Below, in pieces: positions 48,323 to 57,467 of a stretch of DNA of 64,000 nucleotides; position 1 is the stretch's first letter, and every line of letters begins with the position of its first letter. Source of the stretch: Acidobacteriaceae bacterium UBA1307 (GTDB lineage Bacteria; Acidobacteriota; Terriglobia; Terriglobales; Acidobacteriaceae); assembly GCA_002307235.1 (NCBI GenBank), contig DBTV01000037.1:15981-79980 (forward strand), written 5' to 3'. The position numbers and the translations under genes were made by a program. A model generated the notes under the pieces. It saw only the letters and a program-made list of their open reading frames with translations. It had not been told where the DNA came from and did not search any database.

Positions 48323-49594
48323 ATGACCGAGGAGAAACAGATCAGTGCAGTGCCGTCTTCTGAACAACAGGACGCACAGACACCGCCTGCAGTCCATGAC
48401 AAACGCAGGCTTCCCGAAGGCGTGGTGCCCAAGCAGGCGCAGGGGTATGTGATGGCTGGCCTCGCCGTGCTGATCCTGCTGGCGGTGATGTTTTCGAAGA
48501 ATCACGCCAAACCCGCGCCGAAGGAAATGCCGCAGCCTGCGGTCTCTGTCTCCACCGACATGAACCAGAGGAAGATTCAGGAGTTGGAACAGAACCTGAG
48601 CGCCGACCAGCGGCAGGTGCAGCAGCACGCAGGCGCAGCGCTTCCACCTGCTGGTGCGGCCAGCGCCGCGAATCCTGCCCAACCCGGCAGTGCGGCACAG
48701 CTTACGCAGGCACCTCCGCCCATCGCTGCTCCAACCGCGGAGCGCCCACGCGATCCGGCCGCCGACGCGGAGAAAGCGATGGCCTTCAAGGCCCGCTTTG
48801 CCTCCAATCTGGTATCGGGCAATGACGGCAGTTCGCATGTGCCAACCGTTACATCGGACTCGTCCGATGTTTCCACGCGCACTGGTGCCGTTGATGCTTC
48901 GATTCCGGCTCGCTCTGCGAGCTTGCCGCAGACTTCCGCTGCGCAGGCTGCACCTGCTGCGGGTAACAAGCGCGCCGCGGAGGTCAACGTCAACACCGCA
49001 CACGGTCAGCCGTTTGTCGTCTTCGAGGGCACAACCATCGACACCGTGCTGGTCAACCGGCTCGACGGTGAGTTTGCCGGACCGCTGAAAGTCATGGTGA
49101 CCAACCCGATCTATAGTCAGGACCGCCAGCACATGCTCGTCCCCGAAGGCACGTTCATCCTGGGCGATGTGCAGAAGGTCGCCGGCCTTGGGGCAAAACG
49201 CCTCGCCGTGACCTTCCACCGAATGCTCATGCCCGACGGCTACTCCGTCGATCTCGACCAGTTCCACGGTCTCGATCAGGCCGGAGCTACCGGACTCAAG
49301 GACAAGGTCAACAACCACTACGTCGAGATCTTCGGCGCCTCGATTGCGCTCGGGGTGATCGCCGGCGCAACCCAGGCCAGCAATAACAATGCTGGCTACA
49401 ACCAGTCCGGAACGGAAGCATACAAGTCCGGCATCGCATCCAGCCTTTCGCAATCGAGCGCCAACGTGCTTGATCGCTTCATCAATATTCCACCCACGAT
49501 CATCATCCGCGAGGGTCACCGAATCAAGGTCTATATCACCCAGGACATGCTCCTGCCCGCGTATGAGAACCACGACATGCCGGGGGTGATGTGA
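48323..49594 (+). CDS. virB10: T4SS core protein VirB10/TrbI family
   Basis: N-terminal TM helix, a Pro/Ala-rich linker, and a C-terminal TrbI domain (GTFILGDV...RLAVTFHRMLMPDGYSVDL...GLKDKVNNHY). Confidence 0.85.
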   Translation: MTEEKQISAVPSSEQQDAQTPPAVHDKRRLPEGVVPKQAQGYVMAGLAVLILLAVMFSKNHAKPAPKEMPQPAVSVSTDMNQRKIQELEQNLSADQRQVQQHAGAALPPAGAASAANPAQPGSAAQLTQAPPPIAAPTAERPRDPAADAEKAMAFKARFASNLVSGNDGSSHVPTVTSDSSDVSTRTGAVDASIPARSASLPQTSAAQAAPAAGNKRAAEVNVNTAHGQPFVVFEGTTIDTVLVNRLDGEFAGPLKVMVTNPIYSQDRQHMLVPEGTFILGDVQKVAGLGAKRLAVTFHRMLMPDGYSVDLDQFHGLDQAGATGLKDKVNNHYVEIFGASIALGVIAGATQASNNNAGYNQSGTEAYKSGIASSLSQSSANVLDRFINIPPTIIIREGHRIKVYITQDMLLPAYENHDMPGVM

Positions 49595-49746
49595 TGCGCT
49601 TTGCTTCGCTTGCGCTTCTCGCGCTTTTGATCGGCTGCGCCTCTCCCGCGCGCTCGCCGAAGCCCTCGCCCTATCACTATGGTGCTGCTGCCGGTGCTTC
49701 CCATCGCGCTCCGGCCTCAGCAACAAATCCATCACACGGCAGCTAA
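49594..49746 (+). CDS. Small lipoprotein, VirB7-like by position (not in ORF track, 50 aa)
   Basis: ATG overlaps the virB10 stop (TGATG). Reads MRFASLALLALLIGCASPARSPKPSPYHYG... with lipobox L-I-G-C. Confidence 0.5.
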   Translation: MRFASLALLALLIGCASPARSPKPSPYHYGAAAGASHRAPASATNPSHGS

Positions 49747-49780
49747 CCCGCCGTGCCCATCCACCGAAAAGGAGATCTTT

Positions 49781-50620
49781 ATGCAATGCAAACTCGCTAC
49801 GCTCTTTGCTCTCTTTGCCGCACTGCTCGCGCCTGCGGCGCATGCGCAGTTTGGTAGCGGCATCGTCTACGACCCTACCCAGAGCGCCCACGCCATCCAG
49901 CAGATCGAGCAGGGGTCACAGCTTTATACAACCGCCGTCGCCACCCGCAACCAGATCGTCACCATGTACAACCTCGCCCACCAGATGGCGCAGATGCCGC
50001 AGAACCTCGCCGCACGGTATCGCGCCGATTGGTCGCAGTGGACCAGCCTGCAGGCACCGGGCAATACCTACGGCAACATGTCGGCGCTCGTAAACGCTCT
50101 CAACTACGGCGCGCTCGTCAATGCGCAGCAGGGCTACACGAACGCCTACGTGCAGGTTCAGAACTATCCGTCGGGCAGCTATTCCTCTCTTGACTCCCGC
50201 ACCCAGGCCACGGTCGCCAACCAGTATGCAACCTCCGAGTTGGCACAGACCACGACCACCAATACGCTGGCTACGCTTGGAACCATCCGCTCGAACTCGC
50301 AGGCATTCTCCACCAAGCTTTCCAATCTCGAGTCCGACACCTTCTCGACCGACTCCTCGCAGCAGACCGAGGCCGCGCTGCTCGGCAAAATCAACTCCGC
50401 GACACTGCTCCAGATTCACTCGCAACAGGACACCAACCAGTTGCTCATGGCTCAAATCCAGCAGCAGTTGGCTACTCAGAAACAGCAGATCGACGCACAG
50501 AACCGCGCCATCAACAACGCCATCTACTTCCAGCAGAACTTCTCGAGCACCATGCAGAACGTCACTGGAGGCGTGAGCAATTCCATCCACGCCATCTCGC
50601 TCAGCCCAACCGGGAGGTAG
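49781..50620 (+). CDS. T4SS minor pilus/periplasmic protein, TrbJ/VirB5-like
   Basis: Signal peptide ...APAAHAQ followed by FGSGIVYDPTQSAHAIQQIEQ and a helical Q/N-rich body. ATG 49781 follows AAAAGGAGA. Confidence 0.6.
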   Translation: MQCKLATLFALFAALLAPAAHAQFGSGIVYDPTQSAHAIQQIEQGSQLYTTAVATRNQIVTMYNLAHQMAQMPQNLAARYRADWSQWTSLQAPGNTYGNMSALVNALNYGALVNAQQGYTNAYVQVQNYPSGSYSSLDSRTQATVANQYATSELAQTTTTNTLATLGTIRSNSQAFSTKLSNLESDTFSTDSSQQTEAALLGKINSATLLQIHSQQDTNQLLMAQIQQQLATQKQQIDAQNRAINNAIYFQQNFSSTMQNVTGGVSNSIHAISLSPTGR

Positions 50621-50623
50621 TCG

Positions 50624-51445
50624 ATGCCACAGACCCCATTTACTTTTCTTGGCACGGCGATCAGCCAATTGCTGTCATCGAAGAGTGCCGCCATCCAGGC
50701 TACGGGGCTCGACATCTTCCGTGGCCTGGCCGTGATTCTCATCGTCTGGTTCGGCATCAAAGCTGCCCTGTCCGCTTCGCAGGGACTCGGCGGCTTCCAC
50801 TTTGCCAAGTTCGCCGACCTGATCCTGATGATCTCCTTCGGCCTCGGGATGCTGACCTATTACTCGACCCCGATTCCCGGCGTCGGTTACAGCTTCAGCG
50901 ATCTCATCACGCAAGAGGCACTCAACCTCTCAGGCCAAATTGAGTCCGACCAAACGCAGCAGATTGCCGACACGGTCGTCCATGCCGAGCAACAACTCGG
51001 CACGCCGCCCGGCAGCTTCGACATCCTAGAAGATCTCACCTTTCTACTCATCGCGGTTCTTTTGGCCGCGATACAGGCCGTGGCTTTCGCCGTGATCGCC
51101 TATGGCTATGTGGCTTCCGCCGTCTGTGTCTTGATTGGTCCGATCTTCATTCCGTGGTTCATCGTGCCCAAAATGGACTGGTTGTTCTGGGGATGGTTCA
51201 AGGCGTTCATCGGTTTCAGCTTTTATCAAGTGATTGCCGCGGCCTTTATCTTCGTCTTCTCTAAAGTGCTCATGTCGATGTTTCAGGCTATCGGCACGAT
51301 CAGCATCTCGAACGCGCTGACGATTCTGCCTGCACTCTTCATCACACTTACCGTCTGCATCTTTGGCCTGATCAAGATCCCAGAGTTGACGGGTTCGATT
51401 CTGAGCGGGCGCACCGGAACCTGGGTCAACCCAATGGGGAGTTGA
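50624..51445 (+). CDS. T4SS inner-membrane protein VirB6/TrbL-like
   Basis: At least 5 predicted TM helices. Position between the VirB5-like and VirB8 genes. Confidence 0.65.
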   Translation: MPQTPFTFLGTAISQLLSSKSAAIQATGLDIFRGLAVILIVWFGIKAALSASQGLGGFHFAKFADLILMISFGLGMLTYYSTPIPGVGYSFSDLITQEALNLSGQIESDQTQQIADTVVHAEQQLGTPPGSFDILEDLTFLLIAVLLAAIQAVAFAVIAYGYVASAVCVLIGPIFIPWFIVPKMDWLFWGWFKAFIGFSFYQVIAAAFIFVFSKVLMSMFQAIGTISISNALTILPALFITLTVCIFGLIKIPELTGSILSGRTGTWVNPMGS

Positions 51446-51447
51446 AT

Positions 51448-52128
51448 ATGTCCAAGCAAACCACCTTCGCTGCAACCGAGGCTGGACACAAGTTTCTGGA
51501 ACTCTATGCCGAGCCGGTTGTTACCAACACCTATCTCAAGGTCGCGATCCTTGTACTCTCCGTGGTCGCGCTCGCGTTGCTTGCGCTCCTCTACCGTGCG
51601 CAAACTGCTGCCTTGCGGCTGAAACCGCTCGTCATCTCCGTGAATGATCTCGGCCGCGGACAGGTCATGAACTACGCCGACTTCTCGAAAGTCCCGGTGG
51701 AGCGTGTCGGCAAATACTATCTCGCGCGCTGGGCTGAACTTTTCTACGGGCGCAGCCATGCCACGCTCCATCGGGACTTTTCCGAGTCCCTGAACTTCTT
51801 CTCGAACGAGATGCAGTCGGCCACGCTTGCGCAGCTGAACAAAGCCAAAACGCTCGATACCTTCCTGCTCAACCCGAGCGCACCGAACGTGGACATCGAG
51901 ATCAAGGCTGTGGTACTTGAGGACACGCGCCAGGCTCCGTACCGCGCCCATGTGGAGTTTGATAAAGTCTTCCGCTCGCTCGGCGATCAGCAGGAGCGGA
52001 GCCGCGAACGCTGGACGGCGAATGTCGTTTACAGCTTCCACGACGAAGTGCCAAACGCCATGCTCTTGACCAATCCTCTCGGTCTCGTCATCAGCTATGT
52101 CCACGAAGACCAGGCATTCGGAAACTGA
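51448..52128 (+). CDS. virB8: T4SS protein VirB8 family
   Basis: N-terminal TM helix and a C-terminal NTF2-like domain ending LLTNPLGLVISYVHED (NPLG hallmark). ATG 51448 preferred over the TTG 51442 of the track. Confidence 0.8.
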   Translation: MSKQTTFAATEAGHKFLELYAEPVVTNTYLKVAILVLSVVALALLALLYRAQTAALRLKPLVISVNDLGRGQVMNYADFSKVPVERVGKYYLARWAELFYGRSHATLHRDFSESLNFFSNEMQSATLAQLNKAKTLDTFLLNPSAPNVDIEIKAVVLEDTRQAPYRAHVEFDKVFRSLGDQQERSRERWTANVVYSFHDEVPNAMLLTNPLGLVISYVHEDQAFGN

Positions 52129-52132
52129 CGCC

Positions 52133-52525
52133 ATGCGACCAAAGAACCCCATCGTGCTCTATTGCGCCGACCGCGATCTGCTGTCGGCTACAGCGTTCGC
52201 GCTGCGCCTCCACCCCTATGAGGTAACGGCTGTCGATGACAGCCGTAATGCCGCAGCGCTCATGATGGCAGACTCGACCGAGCTTGTCTGCGGTGTGCTG
52301 GTCCATGCACGACAGAATGATTCTGCTGGCCGGATGATTCACCGTCTGCTCGAATCGGATCTGCATGTTCCTCTGTTGCTTGTGGACCGCACCGGCGACC
52401 TTGCGCCCGTACGTTACGCCGAAATGGTTCTCTACGGCCGCAATACTTCAATGGCTCATATCCTCGCTACCCTCCAGATTCTGTGTGAGCGCAAGCGCGG
52501 CCCCCGGCCGAGGAGTGGCGCATGA
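52133..52525 (+). CDS. Hypothetical protein, receiver(CheY)-like fold without phospho-acceptor Asp (tentative)
   Basis: Alternating beta/alpha pattern IVLYCADRD...VTAVDD...CGVLVHAR...VPLLLVD. His occupies the expected Asp position. Coupled by ATGA to the next gene. Confidence 0.35.
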   Translation: MRPKNPIVLYCADRDLLSATAFALRLHPYEVTAVDDSRNAAALMMADSTELVCGVLVHARQNDSAGRMIHRLLESDLHVPLLLVDRTGDLAPVRYAEMVLYGRNTSMAHILATLQILCERKRGPRPRSGA

Positions 52526-53121
52526 GGTATCTCTCTGTCTGCTCGGGCATCGAAGCCGTCTCGGTTGCATGGCAAACTCTCGGCTGGGAACCCGCCATGT
52601 TTGCCGAGATCGATCCCTTCTGCTGCTGGCTGCTGCGCTCGCGCTATGGCGCATCGCGTCCGCAGCATATGCCGAGTCCGCATGACGCGGCCTCGCGCAA
52701 AGAGGCAAAACAACGCGCGGCCGCTATTCGCAACATCGTTGCTCTGCCCGCCGGTGGCGCGATCGTCAACGCCGGCGACTTCACCAGGATAGGAAAACAG
52801 GATGTGGGAACAATCGACCTTCTGGCCGGAGGAACACCTTGCCAGTCTTTCTCCATCGCGGGGTTACGAGCGGGACTGGATGACCCGCGTGGCAACCTCA
52901 CAATCGAGTTTGCTCGACTTGCTGATCGACTTCGGCCCTTATGGCTGGTGTGGGAGAACGTCTCCGGTATCCTGTCGATCGACGGCGGACGGACGTTTGG
53001 AGCCTTCCTCCGGATGCTGGTCGAATGCGGGTATGGGGTCGCCTACAGAATTTTGGACGCTCAACATTTCGGAGTACCCCAGCGGCGGCGTCGCGTCTTC
53101 GTTGTCGGACATCTTGGAGAC
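52522..53121 (+). CDS. dcm: DNA (cytosine-5)-methyltransferase, exon 1 (motifs I-VIII)
   Basis: VCSGIE (motif I), GGTPCQSFS (IV), WENV (VI), GVPQRRRRVFVVG (VIII). The conserved sequence stops exactly where GTGCG begins. Confidence 0.85.
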
Positions 53122-55038
53122 GTGCGCCGGGAGACCGGTAAGGAGTTAAGGGTGAAAGTCCCTGACAGTAAGGAACTAGCGATTCATGCTGTCCCCGAGT
53201 CATGCGTGTCATACCGCGAGGTATGCCGCGAAGCGTTGACAGGGGTGTGCATAGGCCAGCCATCGAGCCGCGAAAGAGATGTCATATTTCCGGGTGCCGA
53301 CGCCTTGTTTCCGGCGGAAGGCAACACGACCGAGTGCGCTCTCGCAAGTACTCAGTCGGCCCGGCGTGGTCATAGACCCTGGCATGTGCATACGCTTCTT
53401 ACCCGGGAACCGGGAGATCTCCTGTTTGGCCGCCGTGCGCAGTATGGCACTGCGGCCCGCATCGGGAAGGCGAGGAGCCGAAGCCGATGATGCGCAAACA
53501 GGAGAAGTCGGACTTTTCCATAGTAGCGAAGAAGCTGGCGAACAAATCCGGTCACACGGAGGCGGAGCCAGTGGAGCGAAGGGAGAAGACCAAGGGAAAC
53601 ACGGACTGGCAGCACATGCGCCGGACTCAGAGCCGGGTAAGCGTGTCCCAGCGGTTAGACCGTGTGCGGAAAGCAGCAACTCTAAAGAAGAAGGATAAGT
53701 TCACCGCGCTCTTCCATCTGATCGACATTGACTTACTTCAAACGGCCTACTTCTGGTTGAAACGGAACGCGGCTGCTGGAGTCGATGGAGTGACATGGAA
53801 AGAGTATGAGCACAACTGGGAAAGAAACTTAAAAGACCTGCATGGAAGACTACACCGCCAAGCCTATCGAGCACTGCCTACCCGGAGACGGTTTATACCA
53901 AAACCGGATGGGCGTATGCGCCCCTTGGGCATCGCAACGCTGGAAGACAAGATCGTTCAGCGTGCAGTGGCGGAAGTCCTCAATGCGATCTATGAAGTAG
54001 ATTTTCTTGGCTTCTCATACGGATTCCGTCCCAAGCGTAGTCAGCATGATGCGTTAGATGCACTGGCGACGGGAATCACGCGCACCAAGGTGAACTGGAT
54101 ACTGGACGCTGATATTAGCCGGTTCTTCGATACCGTTAGTCACGAGTGGCTAATCAAGTTTCTGAAGCACCGCATAGGCGATACCAGAATCATCCGTCTG
54201 ATAAGCAAATGGCTCAAGGCCGGCACGACGGAGGACGGGAACTTTGTTCCTACGGAGGAAGGGACGCCACAGGGCGCGGTTATCTCGCCGCTGTTAGCGA
54301 ATATCTACCTCCATTATGTCTTCGATCTCTGGGCGCACCAATGGCGGAAACGCCATGCTCAAGGACACGTCATGCTCGTTCGATATGCCGACGACATCGT
54401 CGTTGGCTTCGAGAAGCCTGATGATGCTAGGCGCTTTCAACGGGCGATGCAAGAAAGAATGGCGCAGTTTGCACTAATGCTTCACCCGGAAAAGACTCGC
54501 CTGATCGAATTCGGCCGCTTCGCGGCAGAAAATCGAGCAAAACGAGGCTTGGGAAAGCCGCAGACCTTCAACTTCCTCGGATTTACTCACATTTGTGACT
54601 TGGCCAGAAATGGCAGGTTCCAGCTCCGGCGTAAAACCCGGCGGGACCGAATGCAGGCCACACTGAGAGAAATCAAACAGGAGTTGAGGCGCAAACAGCA
54701 CCACTCGATCCCGGAGCAGGGAAGATGGCTGCGGCGAGTAGTACAGGGTTATCTGAACTACCACGCCGTACCCAATAATGGACGGTCTCTGCGAGCGTTC
54801 CATCACCACGTAGTTGATCTATGGCGAAGGTCGCTCCGGCGGCGCAGCCAGAAGGATCGCACTACTTGGACAACGATGGCGCGTCTTGCCAAAGACTGGT
54901 TGCCCATGCCCCGTGTCCTTCATCCATGGCCGGAGGTGCGCTTTGCAGCCAAACACCCAAGGTAGGAGCCCGGTGCGTGAATTGCGCACGCCGGGATCTG
55001 CGCGGGGGGTGCTCAGCAATGAGCATTCCTACCGCGAC
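53122..55038 (+). mobile_element. Group II intron (about 1.9 kb) inserted in the C5-methyltransferase gene
   Basis: 5' GUGCG at 53122 and an RT/maturase ORF in domain IV. A domain V-like 34-nt hairpin with a 2-nt bulge lies at about 54966-54998. A domain VI hairpin with a bulged A sits 7 nt before the ...GAC 3' end. Removal joins the exons in frame. Boundaries within a few nt. Confidence 0.75.
53487..54965 (+). CDS. ltrA: Group II intron reverse transcriptase/maturase (no endonuclease domain)
   Basis: RT motifs FIPKPDGRMRPLGI, FRPKRSQHDAL and RYADDIVVGF. Maturase X region GRWLRRVVQGYLNYHA. No HNH motif after it. Confidence 0.9.
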   Translation: MMRKQEKSDFSIVAKKLANKSGHTEAEPVERREKTKGNTDWQHMRRTQSRVSVSQRLDRVRKAATLKKKDKFTALFHLIDIDLLQTAYFWLKRNAAAGVDGVTWKEYEHNWERNLKDLHGRLHRQAYRALPTRRRFIPKPDGRMRPLGIATLEDKIVQRAVAEVLNAIYEVDFLGFSYGFRPKRSQHDALDALATGITRTKVNWILDADISRFFDTVSHEWLIKFLKHRIGDTRIIRLISKWLKAGTTEDGNFVPTEEGTPQGAVISPLLANIYLHYVFDLWAHQWRKRHAQGHVMLVRYADDIVVGFEKPDDARRFQRAMQERMAQFALMLHPEKTRLIEFGRFAAENRAKRGLGKPQTFNFLGFTHICDLARNGRFQLRRKTRRDRMQATLREIKQELRRKQHHSIPEQGRWLRRVVQGYLNYHAVPNNGRSLRAFHHHVVDLWRRSLRRRSQKDRTTWTTMARLAKDWLPMPRVLHPWPEVRFAAKHPR

Positions 55039-56028
55039 TGGCGAGTTGCCGCAGCGGTACTACTTGAGCAGTCGAGCCTGTCGGGGTATCCTCCGCCGCG
55101 CCGAGAAGCGCGGAAAGACGTTGCCCCTACCCTTAGCGCACGCGCTCATGGCGGTGGTGGACTCGGAACAGACTTCGATCTCGATGGCGGCTTGATCCAC
55201 CAGTTGGCATTTGGCGGGAACAACACCTCGGGTCCCATCGATGTAGCAACGGCCGCCAATGCCTGCGCCAGCGCGTCGGGCCGTATGGACTTTGAGACAG
55301 AAACTTTTATCGCGCATTCACTCTCCGCAGATGGCTTCGATGCCTCTGAGGACGGCACGGGGCGCGGCGTGCCGATGATCCCCATCGCCATCGGCACGGC
55401 CCACACTCAGTCAAGCGGCATCGGCTTTTCGGACGGCGTGGCGCACACGCTGGAGAGTGGTCCCAGCCAAGCTGTAGCTTTCAACCTGCGTGGCCGGGAA
55501 GGTGGATCGATGCCAGAACCGGCAGACGCCGCCAGCGTGCGCGCCGCATCCGGGGGGAGCAGCAACAGCTATGTCGCGTTTTCCGCGAAGGACTATGGAG
55601 CAGACGTGGACGAAATCGCACCCACGCTGCGCGGAATGGGACATGAGAGCAGTCATGCCAATGGCGGTGGGCAAGTAGCTGTCGCCTTTACCTTGCACGG
55701 CAGCGACGGTACTGCGAGTACAGCTACGCCGACCAACGTTGCAGGAAGCGTCCGTACGAAAGCTCCAGGCAGCATCGAGAACAGTTCGACTACGATCGCA
55801 CAGCAAGGGATGGCCGTGCGGCGCCTCACGCCACGCGAGTGTGAGCGGCTGCAGGGATTCCCGGATGATTACACTCTGGTCGAATATCGCGGCAAGTTGG
55901 CTGCCGATGGACCTCGCTATCGTGCTCTCGGCAATTCGATGGCAGTTCCTGTCATGCGCTGGATCGGACAACGCATCGCCGCAGTTGATGCGATCCTCCG
56001 TGAAACTGGCGTGCGGAGGCAACCGTGA
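55039..56028 (+). CDS. dcm: DNA (cytosine-5)-methyltransferase, exon 2 (target-recognition region, motifs IX-X)
   Basis: Frame continues from exon 1 as ...GHLGD|WRVAAAVLLEQ.... Contains FDASEDGTGRG, APTLRGMGHESSHANGGGQVAV, RRLTPRECERLQGFPDDYT and RYRALGNSMAVPV. Confidence 0.8.
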   Translation, partial: WRVAAAVLLEQSSLSGYPPPRREARKDVAPTLSARAHGGGGLGTDFDLDGGLIHQLAFGGNNTSGPIDVATAANACASASGRMDFETETFIAHSLSADGFDASEDGTGRGVPMIPIAIGTAHTQSSGIGFSDGVAHTLESGPSQAVAFNLRGREGGSMPEPADAASVRAASGGSSNSYVAFSAKDYGADVDEIAPTLRGMGHESSHANGGGQVAVAFTLHGSDGTASTATPTNVAGSVRTKAPGSIENSSTTIAQQGMAVRRLTPRECERLQGFPDDYTLVEYRGKLAADGPRYRALGNSMAVPVMRWIGQRIAAVDAILRETGVRRQP

Positions 56029-56561
56029 CCAGACATGCGCCAAAACCGATGAGGTCGCGTATCTCCCAACAAGTGCGCGCAGAAAGGTTGCTTCCTGCCT
56101 CCGCCGATTCGTCGCGGAGACTGTACAACTCGCCTTCGATTCCGTCACCCCAGTACAGGTCCTTCGCATGGCGGGATGCGGAAGACGATGCGAAGCACTG
56201 GAACGTGCGGTCCACAAGCTCTCTGTTTTTACAGCCGGAAACGTGGCAAACGATAGGTCATGGTTCCACTGCCGTACGGTTGCATCGGCATCCTTCTACA
56301 TACACCTTTCAGACAGGTGTTTTCATAGAGCGCCATTTCTCCTGTATTTTCCCTGCTCACCCTCGGTCACTCGCTCGGTGCTTATCCCGCGCCCGGCGGA
56401 CAGCGAGCTTCTGCTTTTCCTGGACTCCTCCCCCAACCAGGTGCGTTGGGTCCCCACTCCAGAAAATGCAGCTCTTGCCTTGGGAGCGGGGCACACTCGC
56501 GTCGCTTCGCGCAGGAGTGTCCCGAGGGCAATCCGGGCAAATACAACCAAGGAGAAAAACA

Positions 56562-56975
56562 ATGGCGATCTACGAAAACAAGATCACTCTGAAAGGTTAC
56601 CTCGGTAAAAACGCCGAGAACATCACCACCAAACAGCAGCGGACCTTTACGGTTCTGTCGCTCGCCACCAAGTCCGGCTACAAGGACAAGCAGACGCAGC
56701 AGTGGGTGAACCACACTGAGTGGCATCGCATCGTCGCCTTCGGCAAACCCGCCGACTACGCAAAGGGCCTGAAGAAGGGCGACTACGTGGAGATCGAAGG
56801 CGAGTTGCGCAGCACAGAGTACGACGCCGAAGTCGGCGAGGGCAAGAAGAAGACCTCGGTCAAGCGCCGCGGTTGGGAGATTCGCGCCAGCATCGTTCGC
56901 AAGCTGGCGCAGCCCGAGAGCTCGCGTGGAGAGAACCTCGACGCCGAGCCGATCACCGAGGAGGACGCGGCTTAG
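56562..56975 (+). CDS. ssb: Single-stranded DNA-binding protein
   Basis: OB-fold pattern ITLKGYLGKNAE...TEWHRIVAFGKPADYAKGLKKGDYVEIEGELR and an acidic C-terminus EPITEEDAA. ATG follows AAGGAGA. Confidence 0.85.
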   Translation: MAIYENKITLKGYLGKNAENITTKQQRTFTVLSLATKSGYKDKQTQQWVNHTEWHRIVAFGKPADYAKGLKKGDYVEIEGELRSTEYDAEVGEGKKKTSVKRRGWEIRASIVRKLAQPESSRGENLDAEPITEEDAA

Positions 56976-57004
56976 GCCGCGTTCTCCTCCCAGGAGGTGT
57001 AACC

Positions 57005-57376
57005 ATGAATCTTTTCGAAAACATCATCAAGCTGCGCGGCTTCCTCGGCAAGGACGCCGAAGCGCCCTCTTCGGACGGCATCACCGACGACGCTTTTGCC
57101 GTACTCACACTGTGCGTGGAGTCCGGCGTCTGGTGGCGGCCAGCGAACGAGTGGATCTCGCGCACCGCATGGTATCGCGTGGTCTGCCCAGGACCGTTCT
57201 TCTGTGGCTTCACGCGCGGCATGAAGCAGGGCGAGTACGTCGAGGTCGATGGACAACTCGCAATTCAGCGCTATGCTTCGCTGAACCTTACGAACCCAGT
57301 TTATGAGATCCATGCGACACAGATTCGCAGACTGGAGATTCCGGTCGTTGGCGTCATTGAGGAGTACCACGGCTAA
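57005..57376 (+). CDS. Divergent SSB-like OB-fold protein
   Basis: IKLRGFLGKDAE...TAWYRVVCPGPFFCGFTRGMKQGEYVEVDGQL parallels the preceding SSB. No acidic tail. ATG follows AGGAGG. Confidence 0.5.
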   Translation: MNLFENIIKLRGFLGKDAEAPSSDGITDDAFAVLTLCVESGVWWRPANEWISRTAWYRVVCPGPFFCGFTRGMKQGEYVEVDGQLAIQRYASLNLTNPVYEIHATQIRRLEIPVVGVIEEYHG

Positions 57377-57467
57377 TGCTTCTCGTGCTCCTTTTCGCGG
57401 AGAGGCTATGGCCTCTCCGCTCTCTTCCTGAACACGCCGCGCTTTCGTCGCGGCAGAAAGGATATCG

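Noticed and set aside
54821-55195. The alternative frame across the intron 3' end and exon 2 reads ...ELPQRYYLSSRACRGILRRAEKRGKTLPLPLAHAL. This reminded me of a motif I associate with some phage-type cytosine methyltransferases.
   Set aside because: This frame hits a stop at 55195 and cannot be joined to exon 1 using the GUGCG...AC intron boundaries. The other frame (WRVAAAVLLEQ...) runs uninterrupted into motifs IX and X. The resemblance is from memory only and should be checked by alignment before any frameshift or pseudogene claim.
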